From Bacteroidia bacterium (GTDB lineage: Bacteria > Bacteroidota > Bacteroidia > M30B66), in contig OZ257142.1 in NCBI GenBank assembly GCA_965279035.1, forward strand, positions 3,104,001 through 3,168,000: a DNA stretch of 64,000 nucleotides, given 5' to 3'. Positions 1 through 9,653 of the stretch are shown here, piece after piece. The stretch's first letter is position 1; each line of letters starts with the position of its first letter. Both the position numbers and the translations under genes were made by a program. The notes beneath the pieces were generated by a model. The model had not been told where the DNA came from. It ran no database searches and saw nothing but the letters and a program-made list of their open reading frames with translations.

Positions 1-485
1 AAACAAGTTCCAGCGGTCCTGCTTTATACAGCCATACGCGCATTGGTTTTAACGGTAAACCATTTCGTATTTATAAGTTTCGTTCGATGTTTTGTGATGC
101 CGAAAAACGTGGACCTCAACTCAGTAGTAAAAACGATTCGCGCATAACGCCTTTTGGGAAATTCATGCGCAAGACTCGCCTCGATGAAATTCCTCAGTTT
201 TACAATGTACTCATTGGTACGATGTCGATTGTTGGTCCTCGACCTGAACGTCAGTTTTTCATTGATCAAATTGTAGAAGTTGCCCCTCACTATCGTTTAT
301 TACATAAGGTTCGTCCAGGTATTACAGGTTGGGGACAAGTGAAATTTGGATATGCCGAAAACGTAGATCAAATGGTTGATCGCCTCAAATACGATATTCT
401 TTATATAGAGAATATGACTTTAGCGCTAGACCTAAAAATATTGATTTACACATTTCTTATTGTACTTCAAGGAAGAGGAAAATAG
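1..485 (+). CDS. Sugar transferase (polyprenyl-phosphate glycosylphosphotransferase, Bac_transf), 5' partial
   Basis: Frame open from window start (GKPFRIYKFRSM); motifs RITPFG, RLDEIPQ, MSIVGPRPE, PGITGWGQV. Confidence 0.92.
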   Translation, partial: TSSSGPALYSHTRIGFNGKPFRIYKFRSMFCDAEKRGPQLSSKNDSRITPFGKFMRKTRLDEIPQFYNVLIGTMSIVGPRPERQFFIDQIVEVAPHYRLLHKVRPGITGWGQVKFGYAENVDQMVDRLKYDILYIENMTLALDLKILIYTFLIVLQGRGK

Positions 486-574
486 TCCAATTCTCGTTTG
501 AAGTTTCGGATGTAGTTTGCGTTATTTGCAGTCCTTTCTGAAAATCACATCCTTCAGAATTAACCATCATTTCA

Positions 575-1462
575 ATGAAAAAAATTGCTGTTATCGGTGC
601 TGGAACAATGGGCAATGGAATCGCTCATACGTTTGCTCAATTTGGATTTCCTGTTATTCTAGTTGATGTGAGTGAAGCTGCTCTTTCTAAAGGAATGTCG
701 GCTATTACGAATAATCTCGATCGTCAAGTTCAAAAAGGAATTCTTACCGAAACACAAAAAACAGAAACCATTGCTCGTATAACTACATTGAATCAAATTG
801 ACGAACGTCTTTTTGATCGTGATTTAGTAGTTGAAGCAGCATCTGAAAATTTTCAAATTAAATCCTCTGTTTTCCGTCAGCTTGATCAGTTTTGTCAAGC
901 CTCTTGCATTTTAGCTTCGAACACTTCTTCCATTTCTATTACGCGCATTGCAGCCGAAACAAAACGTCCTGCTCAAGTAATCGGAATGCACTTTATGAAT
1001 CCCGTTCCGGTGATGAAATTGGTTGAAATTATCAATGGATATTCAACTTCATCTCAAACAAGCGCTATTACTGTTGAATTAACCGAAACTCTTTCGAAAA
1101 TTCCGGTCGTTGTGAATGATTATCCGGGCTTTGTTGCTAATAAAATTCTAATGCCTATGATCAATGAAGCCATCATTACTTTACACGAAGGCGTTGCTGG
1201 TGTTAATGAAATTGATACGGTGATGAAACTAGGAATGGCACATCCAATGGGACCATTGCAATTAGCCGATTTTATTGGTTTGGATGTTTGTTTATCTATT
1301 CTAAGAGTATTGCAAGATGGTTTTGGAAATCCTAAATATGCACCATCACCTTTATTAGTAAATATGGTGATGGCTGGTCAATTGGGTGTGAAATCGGGTG
1401 TTGGATTTTATGATTATAGTGCTGGAATCAAACAGGCGCGTGTGGCAGATCAGTTTGCTTAA
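575..1462 (+). CDS. hbd: 3-hydroxybutyryl-CoA dehydrogenase
   Basis: GAGTMGNG Rossmann motif, ASNTSS, GMHFMNP, GMAHPMGP. Confidence 0.93.
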   Translation: MKKIAVIGAGTMGNGIAHTFAQFGFPVILVDVSEAALSKGMSAITNNLDRQVQKGILTETQKTETIARITTLNQIDERLFDRDLVVEAASENFQIKSSVFRQLDQFCQASCILASNTSSISITRIAAETKRPAQVIGMHFMNPVPVMKLVEIINGYSTSSQTSAITVELTETLSKIPVVVNDYPGFVANKILMPMINEAIITLHEGVAGVNEIDTVMKLGMAHPMGPLQLADFIGLDVCLSILRVLQDGFGNPKYAPSPLLVNMVMAGQLGVKSGVGFYDYSAGIKQARVADQFA

Positions 1463-2091
1463 TTGACAAACGTTCCATCTTCAATCGATTCAATAATATC
1501 TTCAATCATTTTATCTTCCGCATTGGCATTGGGATCGTAGGAAGATTTTAAGTTTGTTTTGAATACGCGTGCGAGCGATTGCCAGAAAAATGCTTCAAAA
1601 GATCCACGCAAATCCTTCACTAAGCCGTAGGAAGTGTTACCTGTTTCTCGGTCGATGAGTTTTATGAGGATTCTTCCTTGATTCAAGGTCATGTTCCGAA
1701 TATCACCTTCGAATTCTTTCTTTAGATCTTCTTCGGCTAACTTCAACATGCGTTTTTGCTCTTTCTCCGATTTCCCTTTCATCTTTTCGTTGTACTCGAG
1801 GAGTTTTTTCCCGGCAACTTTAGAATAAGGATACACTTTAGCAACATCGCGTTTGAGTCGGCTCCATTTACGCTCTTCGCGTTTGCTACTAAAACTTCTT
1901 TTTTCAGAAATACTAACGGGCTGTAAAGTAACAACCGGAAGTGTATCACCATTTTCGGTTATGATATACGATACTTTAAATCCGGTTGGTTGAGGAGTTC
2001 CTACTAGTTTAATTCTTTCTTTTAAAGGAATTTGTGCCATACTGTTGAAAGACAGTAGTAGGAAGACGAAAATAGAAAGGATGATCCGCAT
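1459..2091 (-). CDS. DUF4294-family secreted protein
   Basis: Signal peptide from ATG 2091; GDTLP, KVYPY, QGRILIKLIDRETG motifs. Confidence 0.8.
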   Translation of the reverse strand: MRIILSIFVFLLLSFNSMAQIPLKERIKLVGTPQPTGFKVSYIITENGDTLPVVTLQPVSISEKRSFSSKREERKWSRLKRDVAKVYPYSKVAGKKLLEYNEKMKGKSEKEQKRMLKLAEEDLKKEFEGDIRNMTLNQGRILIKLIDRETGNTSYGLVKDLRGSFEAFFWQSLARVFKTNLKSSYDPNANAEDKMIEDIIESIEDGTFVN

Positions 2092-2116
2092 GGCTTGTTT
2101 TCTGGGGCTTTCCAAT

Positions 2117-2536
2117 TTATAGGCCAGCCGAGGAGAAATAAGGAGATAAAGCTGTTAACAAAGGTAAGGGTGCTTTCACAGGTCGGTTTCGTTCTTTATC
2201 AATAAACACCAATTCGGTTTCTGCGGTGTTAAGCGCTTCGTTCATTTCATTAAACGTAGAATAATGAAAACGTATACGTATGGATGGAATTTCTTCAATA
2301 CGTGTCTCTATTCGAAGAAGTTCATCGTAACGACCCGGTTTCTTGTAATGAATGTGAAAATCGGTGACCGGCATGAGGATTCCAGATTCTTCAATGGAAC
2401 GATAACTCATTCCAAGAGCGCGCATAGCTTCTACTCGAGCCACTTCGAAGTAGGTGGCATAATGTCCATAATAGACAATTCCCATCTGATCTGTTTCTGC
2501 ATATCGCACACGCACAAGGGTTTGATGTGTAAACAA
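2117..2536 (-). CDS. Acyl-CoA thioesterase (YbgC/FadM, 4HBT family)
   Basis: RVRYAETDQMGIVYYGHY hot-dog thioesterase motif; TTG start. Confidence 0.9.
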   Translation of the reverse strand: MFTHQTLVRVRYAETDQMGIVYYGHYATYFEVARVEAMRALGMSYRSIEESGILMPVTDFHIHYKKPGRYDELLRIETRIEEIPSIRIRFHYSTFNEMNEALNTAETELVFIDKERNRPVKAPLPLLTALSPYFSSAGL

Positions 2537-2608
2537 TTTTTTTTTCTAAAGGATGAATGTTATTAAATGAATTGATGTAAATTTTCGGGTTTCTTCTTCC
2601 ATCCTGTT

Positions 2609-3373
2609 TTGAATCCAACGAAAGTTATCCATACAGTTATACACTTACTGGCTCTCAGTTTATTGGCAGCCTGTACAAGCTCACTAAAACCTCAATCAGC
2701 AGGGAGAGAAAATATCGTTATTGGTAAAAATGGAAGTCTGGCGAGCAATGAGCAAATTGAACAAATGATCGTTCCTTATCGTCTTCCTTTACAAGAAACA
2801 ATGGCTGAGGTAATCATTGTGAGCGATGCACCAGCTACTAAGGCTTTACCTGAAAGCAGTTTAGGGAATTTGGTTTGCGATTTTATGATCAACCAAGCGA
2901 GTCGAATTAGCGGAAAAAAAATCGATATTGCTTTTTACAATACGGGCGGACTTCGCATCGAATTGCCTAAAGGTGATATTACTGTTTCAATGATTTATGA
3001 ATTAGCACCATTTGAAAATGAATTAGAAACCATCGATATACTGGGAAAAGATCTTCCACTTTTATTCGAACAAATTGCTAAACGAAAAGGTGGTCCTGTT
3101 GCAGGCATTCAAATGAAATTGGATTCAAAAGGAGGTTATACAGTTTTAATAGGTGGTCAAGCCATTCAAAATGAACGTGTGTATACGCTTGTTTCAAACG
3201 ATTATTTAATCAATGGAGGTGATAATTACACGATTCCTCCGTTTCAAAATAGAACATCACTTAAAATAAAGCTACGCGATGCGCTAATTGCTGAGTTGCA
3301 TGAAATGAAAAAAACAAATTCAACGTTACACCCTAAATTAGATGGAAGAATTTACCTCTCAGACACGCCGTAA
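2609..3373 (+). CDS. 5'-nucleotidase C-terminal-domain lipoprotein
   Basis: LAAC lipobox; ESSLGNL, NTGGLR, PFEN, DYLINGGD motifs. Confidence 0.88.
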   Translation: MNPTKVIHTVIHLLALSLLAACTSSLKPQSAGRENIVIGKNGSLASNEQIEQMIVPYRLPLQETMAEVIIVSDAPATKALPESSLGNLVCDFMINQASRISGKKIDIAFYNTGGLRIELPKGDITVSMIYELAPFENELETIDILGKDLPLLFEQIAKRKGGPVAGIQMKLDSKGGYTVLIGGQAIQNERVYTLVSNDYLINGGDNYTIPPFQNRTSLKIKLRDALIAELHEMKKTNSTLHPKLDGRIYLSDTP

Positions 3374-4292
3374 GTTTTTACGGAATGGACTTGGTCTGGT
3401 GGCACTTTCTGCTCTACCCGACTGGGCCAAAGCCTTGAATGCAGAAAACGGTTTAAAAAGTTTAACCGTTTTACATACCAATGATTGGCATAGTAGAATA
3501 GATCCTTTTCCTGACAATGATCCAAAATATGCGGGACAAGGTGGCGCAGCGCGACGTGCAGCATTGATTGATCAGATTCGGAAAGAACAAGACCATGTTT
3601 TATTGTTAGATGCTGGCGATATTTTTCAAGGAACACCTTATTTCAATTTTTATGGGGGCGAGCCTGAATTTAAATTGATGTCGGCTATGGGATATGATGC
3701 AGCCACTTTGGGAAATCACGATTTTGATAATGGAATTGAGGGACTTGTTAACAAAATGCCTTTTGCCGACTTCCCTTTTTTGAATTGCAACTACGATGTA
3801 AGAGACACAGCGCTTGAGGGGAAGTTAAAAAGATCCATTGTGTTGAAGAAGAATGGGTTGAAGATTGGGATTTTGGGTGTTGGGATTGATTTAAAGGGCT
3901 TAGTTCCTGATGCAAACTGGAAAGGTATTCGTTACAACAATCCCATTGTAGAAGCTGATAATGAGGCTACTTATCTAAAGAATGAACGTGCTTGTGATAT
4001 GGTTATCTGCTTATCACACCTCGGTTTGCAATACGATACTCCAAAGGTTTCTGACTACATGTTGGCAGCTGGCACTAAGGATATTGACCTCATACTAGGC
4101 GGACATACCCATACTTTCCTTGAAAAACCCATAACCATTATGAATAAAATTGGCAATCCCGTGACCATTAATCAGGTAGGTTGGGCTGGACTTAGATTAG
4201 GTCGGCTCGATTACCATTTTAGTAGTATAAACAACGTGAAAAATCAGGCATTCACCCGAATTGAAGTTTTTAAAAAGTCAATAGCAGTTTGA
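3342..4292 (+). CDS. 5'-nucleotidase N-terminal metallophosphoesterase subunit, Tat-exported
   Basis: TRRKFL twin-arginine signal; HTNDWH, DAGD, GNHDFD, GGHTH. Confidence 0.9.
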   Translation: MEEFTSQTRRKFLRNGLGLVALSALPDWAKALNAENGLKSLTVLHTNDWHSRIDPFPDNDPKYAGQGGAARRAALIDQIRKEQDHVLLLDAGDIFQGTPYFNFYGGEPEFKLMSAMGYDAATLGNHDFDNGIEGLVNKMPFADFPFLNCNYDVRDTALEGKLKRSIVLKKNGLKIGILGVGIDLKGLVPDANWKGIRYNNPIVEADNEATYLKNERACDMVICLSHLGLQYDTPKVSDYMLAAGTKDIDLILGGHTHTFLEKPITIMNKIGNPVTINQVGWAGLRLGRLDYHFSSINNVKNQAFTRIEVFKKSIAV

Positions 4293-4411
4293 TTTTTTTT
4301 TCATGAATTTTTAGTAAATATTTGCCCCCTACAAAATTTCCCCCTCTTAGTGTTCAGATGAATTTGAGTTTTTATTCTTAATCAACGCAGCGCTAACATA
4401 TTATACTTAGA

Positions 4412-5842
4412 ATGGAAAAAACATTTGAAAAAATCTGGCAGAATTGCCTCGACATTATTAAGGATAACGTCAATCAACAAAGCTTTAAAACTTGGTTTGA
4501 TCCAATTCGTCCCGTAAAATTGAACGGAAGTGTATTGACTATTCAAGTACCAAGTCAGTTTTTTTATGAATGGTTAGAAGAACATTATATCGATCTTCTA
4601 AAAAAGACGATTAACAAAGAGCTTGGACCAGAAGGTCGTTTGGAATATTCCATTATTATGGAAAACAATTACCGTAACGCTAATCCGTATACAGTTAATA
4701 TTCCTGCAGTTAACCATAAATCGCTGAAAAATCCGGCTGTTTCGATGCCGATTGACCTCAACAGCAACTCAATAAAAAACCCGTTCATCCTTCCTGGTCT
4801 GAAGAAAATGAATGTTGAATCTCAACTCAATCCGAATTACTCATTCGATAATTTGGTTGAAGGAGATTGTAATCGCCTAGCACGCTCTGCGGGATTTGCT
4901 GTTGCCAATAAACCAGGTGGTACAGCATTCAATCCATTGTTAATTTATGGTGGAGTTGGTTTAGGAAAAACCCATCTTTCCAATGCTATTGGGATTGAAA
5001 TCAAGAAAAACTTTCCTAATAAAACTGTTCTTTACGTTCAATCTGAAAAGTTCTGCCATCAGTTTGTTGATGCTGTGAAAAACAATTCACATAACGACTT
5101 CATTCATTTTTACCAGATGATTGATGTGTTGATTATTGATGACGTTCAGTTTTTTGCAGGCAAAGAAAAAACTCAGGACGTTTTCTTTCAAATTTTCAAT
5201 CACTTACATCAAACCGGAAAACAACTCGTTCTCACATCCGATAAATCACCCATTGAATTAATTGGATTGGAGCAACGTTTATTATCACGTTTCAAATGGG
5301 GTTTAAGTGCCGATCTTCAAGTACCTAATCTTGAAACACGCATTGCCATCCTTGAGAAAAAGATATACGCCGATGGTATTGAAATGCCACGCGACGTTAT
5401 CGAATACTTAGCATACAACATCACTACAAATGTTCGTGAGTTAGAAGGGGCACTCATCTCATTAGTAGCTCAATCAACTTTAAACCGCAAGTCGATCACA
5501 ATGGAGCTTGCGCGCCAGATGATTGATAAGTTTGTTAAGAATACAACACGTGAAATCTCTATCGATTTCATTCAGAAAGTCGTTTCTGATTATTTCAGCT
5601 TACCACTGGAATTGCTTAAATCTAAAACTCGTAAAAGAGAAGTGGTTCAAGCACGTCAGATTGCTATGTTCTTTGCGAAGAATATGACAAAATCTTCACT
5701 CGCTAGTATTGGTTTACAATGTGGAGGTAAAGATCACGCAACTGTTCTACATGCTTGCCGTACCGTAAATAATCTACTCGAGACCGACAAGAAATTCCGC
5801 GTTTACATCGATGAGATTGAAAAGAAAATCGGCAACCAATAA
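4412..5842 (+). CDS. dnaA: Chromosomal replication initiator DnaA
   Basis: NPLLIYGGVGLGKTHL Walker A, IDDVQF, NVRELEGAL, KDHATVLHA. Confidence 0.99.
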   Translation: MEKTFEKIWQNCLDIIKDNVNQQSFKTWFDPIRPVKLNGSVLTIQVPSQFFYEWLEEHYIDLLKKTINKELGPEGRLEYSIIMENNYRNANPYTVNIPAVNHKSLKNPAVSMPIDLNSNSIKNPFILPGLKKMNVESQLNPNYSFDNLVEGDCNRLARSAGFAVANKPGGTAFNPLLIYGGVGLGKTHLSNAIGIEIKKNFPNKTVLYVQSEKFCHQFVDAVKNNSHNDFIHFYQMIDVLIIDDVQFFAGKEKTQDVFFQIFNHLHQTGKQLVLTSDKSPIELIGLEQRLLSRFKWGLSADLQVPNLETRIAILEKKIYADGIEMPRDVIEYLAYNITTNVRELEGALISLVAQSTLNRKSITMELARQMIDKFVKNTTREISIDFIQKVVSDYFSLPLELLKSKTRKREVVQARQIAMFFAKNMTKSSLASIGLQCGGKDHATVLHACRTVNNLLETDKKFRVYIDEIEKKIGNQ

Positions 5843-5860
5843 AAACAGGCACTCGCTCAA

Positions 5861-6322
5861 TTGTCTATAAATAAAGTTTTGATGGTCTGTTTGGGCAACA
5901 TTTGTCGCTCACCAATGGCCGAAGGTATCCTGCGCGCCCGTATCGAAGAAGCAGGTAAAAAAGTTATTGTCGATTCAGCCGGCACTTCCGACTATCACAC
6001 AGGTGAAAGTCCGGACTTCCGCGCTATTCGTACACTAGAGAAACGTGGTATTGATATATCAGGCCTTTCTGCTCGACAATTTACAGTCAAGGATTTTGAT
6101 GATTTTGATTTCATCTATGCGATGGATGCGTCCAATCTCATGAATATACTTTCCTTAGCTCGTAACGATGAGGATAGAAAAAAAGTGAGTTTGATTCTCA
6201 ATATTAGTCACCCCGATAGCAATCGTTCTGTTCCTGATCCCTATTATGGAGGAATGGAAGGATTTGATGAAGTGTTTAAATTATTAAATGAAGCCTCCAT
6301 TCTACTACTCAGTAAACTGTGA
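5861..6322 (+). CDS. Low-molecular-weight protein-tyrosine phosphatase
   Basis: VCLGNICRS P-loop, DSAGT, VPDPYYG. Confidence 0.95.
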   Translation: MSINKVLMVCLGNICRSPMAEGILRARIEEAGKKVIVDSAGTSDYHTGESPDFRAIRTLEKRGIDISGLSARQFTVKDFDDFDFIYAMDASNLMNILSLARNDEDRKKVSLILNISHPDSNRSVPDPYYGGMEGFDEVFKLLNEASILLLSKL

Positions 6323-7038
6323 GTATGAATTCAGGAACCCTTTATTTACTTCCTTCCTATTTAGGAGATGAAGCCAAATCAGATTCTCTCTGTGGTTGGG
6401 AAACAGCTTTAATTCAAGAGCTTCGCATTTACTTTACCGAAAATGAAAAAAGTGCTCGACGCTTTCTTCGTAAAGCTGGATATAAAGATTCGTTCGACGA
6501 TATTACTTTACATCGTGTTGATAAAGACACACGCATAGAAGAACAACTCGACTTATTAAACCTCATTCTCAATGGAGCTGATGTTGGTGTTCTTTCAGAA
6601 GCAGGTGCACCCGCCATTGCCGATCCTGGAGCAAGTTTGATTTCCTTAGCTCATGATATGGGAATTCCAGTTGTGCCTATTCCTGGGCCTTCGGCGATTA
6701 TGTTGAGTATTATGGCTTCGGGCTTAAACGGACAACAATTTACTTTTCACGGATATCTACCGATTGATAAAATTGCACGTGCAAAAAAACTTCGAGAGTT
6801 AGAACAGGTTTCTTTCCAAACGGGTTATGCTCAGTTTTTTATCGAAACTCCCTATCGAAATACATCCATATTAGAAGATTGTTATTCGATACTTCACGCA
6901 GGAACTCGCTTATGTATTGGAGTAAACTTGACTGTTCCTGCGGGTTGGATTAGAACACTTCCTATTTCTAAATGGAAATTGATAAAACCCCAAATTCAGA
7001 AGTTACCTGCTGTGTTTGGAATATTAAAAACAGCATAA
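6319..7038 (+). CDS. SAM-dependent methyltransferase, tetrapyrrole methylase/RsmI-like
   Basis: GTLYLLP, SEAGAPAIADPG, FHGYLP, FIETPYRN. Confidence 0.85.
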   Translation: MSMNSGTLYLLPSYLGDEAKSDSLCGWETALIQELRIYFTENEKSARRFLRKAGYKDSFDDITLHRVDKDTRIEEQLDLLNLILNGADVGVLSEAGAPAIADPGASLISLAHDMGIPVVPIPGPSAIMLSIMASGLNGQQFTFHGYLPIDKIARAKKLRELEQVSFQTGYAQFFIETPYRNTSILEDCYSILHAGTRLCIGVNLTVPAGWIRTLPISKWKLIKPQIQKLPAVFGILKTA

Positions 7039-7100
7039 TTTTCAATCTGATTAAACGTTAGTACTTTCGCGTGGTCTGCCTCGTACTAAACTTAAAATAT

Positions 7101-7955
7101 ATGAACATGTTCAAATCTCAATTGCGCTTTACTGCTCTGATTGCCGCAACAGTGCTTGCTTCTTTCAGTTCATGTAAAAAAGATACTGAAAACGATACTG
7201 ATACAAATGCCTCTAAAAACGAAAGTGTTGCCGAACGTTATTTCAACGAAGTAAACGACCTTTCTGATCAGGCAGTGAAAACAGGCGATTTATCTTCCTT
7301 TAAATTAGCCGCTGATGAAGGAGTCCTTCTTTCAAATTGTGCTACTGTCACTTTCGACACCTCAAGTTCTGTTTCTGCAAGTAATCCCGACACCATTATC
7401 ATTGATTTTGGAACGAGCTGCGTTGGAAACGACAACAAAACCCGAAGTGGAAAAATCATTATCAGTGCTACTGGTCGCTATCGCGATCAAGGAACTGTTG
7501 TTACAATCACTCCACAGAATTATTTCGTTAACAGTAACCAAATTATTGGTTCTCGTGTTGTGACTAATTTAGGACCGAATACCTTGGGACAACCTACTTT
7601 TTCTATCCAAGTTACGGGTAGCATTATCCTAGCAAATGCAGGCGGAACGATCACTTGGAACGCAAACAGAACACGCACTTGGACCGAAGGTTACTCTACA
7701 CCTCTACTTTTCTCCGATGATGTATTTAGTGTGACTGGTTCTTCTAATGGAACAAAAGTAAATGGACAAACCTGGACATCATCCATCACAACAGCTTTGG
7801 TTCATAAACGTAGTTGTCATCAAACCGTTAGCGGAATTTTAGTAATAACACCATCCAATCGTCCACAACGAACTGTTGATTTTGGAAATGGTGATTGTGA
7901 TAATACGGCAACTGTGACTATTAACGGAAATACGTATACGATTATCGTTCAGTAA
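7101..7955 (+). CDS. Hypothetical beta-rich lipoprotein
   Basis: FSSC lipobox followed by KKD; IDFGTSC...RSGKII and DFGNGDCDN motifs; own terminator. Confidence 0.75.
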   Translation: MNMFKSQLRFTALIAATVLASFSSCKKDTENDTDTNASKNESVAERYFNEVNDLSDQAVKTGDLSSFKLAADEGVLLSNCATVTFDTSSSVSASNPDTIIIDFGTSCVGNDNKTRSGKIIISATGRYRDQGTVVTITPQNYFVNSNQIIGSRVVTNLGPNTLGQPTFSIQVTGSIILANAGGTITWNANRTRTWTEGYSTPLLFSDDVFSVTGSSNGTKVNGQTWTSSITTALVHKRSCHQTVSGILVITPSNRPQRTVDFGNGDCDNTATVTINGNTYTIIVQ

Positions 7956-7984
7956 CATCTTAATTTTCTTTTACTACGAGATAT

Positions 7985-8011
7985 AAAAGGGGCAGCTTCG
8001 GCTGCCTTTTT
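7985..8011 (+). terminator. Intrinsic terminator
   Basis: GGCAGC-TTCG-GCTGCC hairpin followed by T run. Confidence 0.85.
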
Positions 8012-8051
8012 CGTGTCTAAAGGCTAGGTATTTTGGCTATTTTTACAGCGC

Positions 8052-9653
8052 ATGAATTATCTAAAAAAGATTCGACTTCCATTTTCAATTCTACTCTTGC
8101 TCCTTAGTATTCTGAGTTCCTGTTCATCGGATAAGGAAACATCATGGGATATAGATGTATTAGCCCCTTTGGCAGAGGCGCGTTTATCTGTTCGCGATAT
8201 TTTTGTTGATTCCTTAATTATCAGTGAACCCGGAGCTCCTGTTGTTATTCGTTATACAAGTACATACGATCTCATTCCGAACGATTCGCTTTTCCAAATT
8301 CCTGATACTTCGTTCAATAATGCGTTTAGTTTACCATTAACGGTGAGCTTACCCGCTGGATTTCAAGTCCTCAATCTATCTCAAATTGTAAAGTTTGCAT
8401 TTAAAGATGCTCAACTAACCGAAGCCGTTATTGCATCAGGTGAAGCTGTTTTTAAAGTTCAAAGTACTTTGAGTGATAAAGTGTTTTTCGATTATACCAT
8501 CCCTAAAGCATTTAAAGATGGGATTCCACTTTTATTAACGAATCAAGAAATTGAAGCAGGTAGTTTGTATGCACCTTCATCCGTAGAGAAAACGATCGAT
8601 TTAAGTGGATACTATTTAGATCTTCGGGGTGATAATGGAATTCAATCCAATCAACTTCGTGTAAACCTCAATGCGAAATTAAATCCATCTGGAAACGGTG
8701 CTTCTGCCACAGGAAATCAAACCTTATTCAATTATTCTAACAAATTTATTAGTGTTAAACCCTATTTCGCTAGAGGATATTTAGGAAGTGCCGACTTTAC
8801 TGGCAACGATTATTTGAATCTTTCCGATATGCGTAAATTATCTGGAATGCTTCGATTACAAGACATTTCACTCGATTTAGATATTGAAAATTCGATTGGT
8901 GCTGATTTTTCTCTAAGCATTCAAAATATTAAGGCATCTCGCAATGGTGTTGATTTAAATTTGATACATCCAATCATAGGAAGTACGCAACAACTCAGCA
9001 GAGCGCAACACATTGCCCAAGGCGATTCACCCTATATTCCAACACATAAACACTATAGTTTCACCACTACAAACTCGAATTTAAAAGACTTAGTTGAACT
9101 TCTACCTCAACGGTTTTCATTCATTGCTAATGCGAATCTCAATCCTTTAGGGAATGTTTCAAGTGGAAATGATTTTATATACAATTCCAGCAATTTGAGA
9201 ATTAAATCGGTCTTGGAATTACCACTTAGCTTTTCTGCAAATGCCTTATATTTTGCCGATACACTTACAACCAAAGGAATTGAAGCGACTAAAACCGAAC
9301 CGTATCTTTCGGGTGCTTTAAAAATTTTAGCAAGCAATACGTTTCCGTTTGAATTGCAAGTGAAAGGGTATTTATTGGATGAAAACAAGGTTTTGATTGA
9401 TTCCTTATTGAGTAATCAAACCATTGCAGCCGCTTTGGTAAATACCGATCTACATGTTGAAAATCCTCAATATACCACACTCACAATTCCGGTGAATGAT
9501 GCATTGAAAATTCATCTAGATCAAGCTCGCTACATCGTTCTTAAAGCGATGCTAAATACGCAGCCTGAAAATACCATATTGCCGATGTATGCCGATTATG
9601 AACTTCACCTGCAGCTTATTGGCGACGGGAAATACCGGGTGAAAGTAAAATGA
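8052..9653 (+). CDS. Hypothetical lipoprotein (533 aa, beta-rich)
   Basis: LSSC lipobox; stop overlaps start of downstream barrel gene (ATGA). Confidence 0.7.
   Translation: MNYLKKIRLPFSILLLLLSILSSCSSDKETSWDIDVLAPLAEARLSVRDIFVDSLIISEPGAPVVIRYTSTYDLIPNDSLFQIPDTSFNNAFSLPLTVSLPAGFQVLNLSQIVKFAFKDAQLTEAVIASGEAVFKVQSTLSDKVFFDYTIPKAFKDGIPLLLTNQEIEAGSLYAPSSVEKTIDLSGYYLDLRGDNGIQSNQLRVNLNAKLNPSGNGASATGNQTLFNYSNKFISVKPYFARGYLGSADFTGNDYLNLSDMRKLSGMLRLQDISLDLDIENSIGADFSLSIQNIKASRNGVDLNLIHPIIGSTQQLSRAQHIAQGDSPYIPTHKHYSFTTTNSNLKDLVELLPQRFSFIANANLNPLGNVSSGNDFIYNSSNLRIKSVLELPLSFSANALYFADTLTTKGIEATKTEPYLSGALKILASNTFPFELQVKGYLLDENKVLIDSLLSNQTIAAALVNTDLHVENPQYTTLTIPVNDALKIHLDQARYIVLKAMLNTQPENTILPMYADYELHLQLIGDGKYRVKVK

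Noticed and set aside
4293-4411. oriC next to dnaA
   Set aside because: No cluster of TTATNCACA boxes in the 119-bp spacer; only isolated mismatched boxes elsewhere (about 2624 and 38317)
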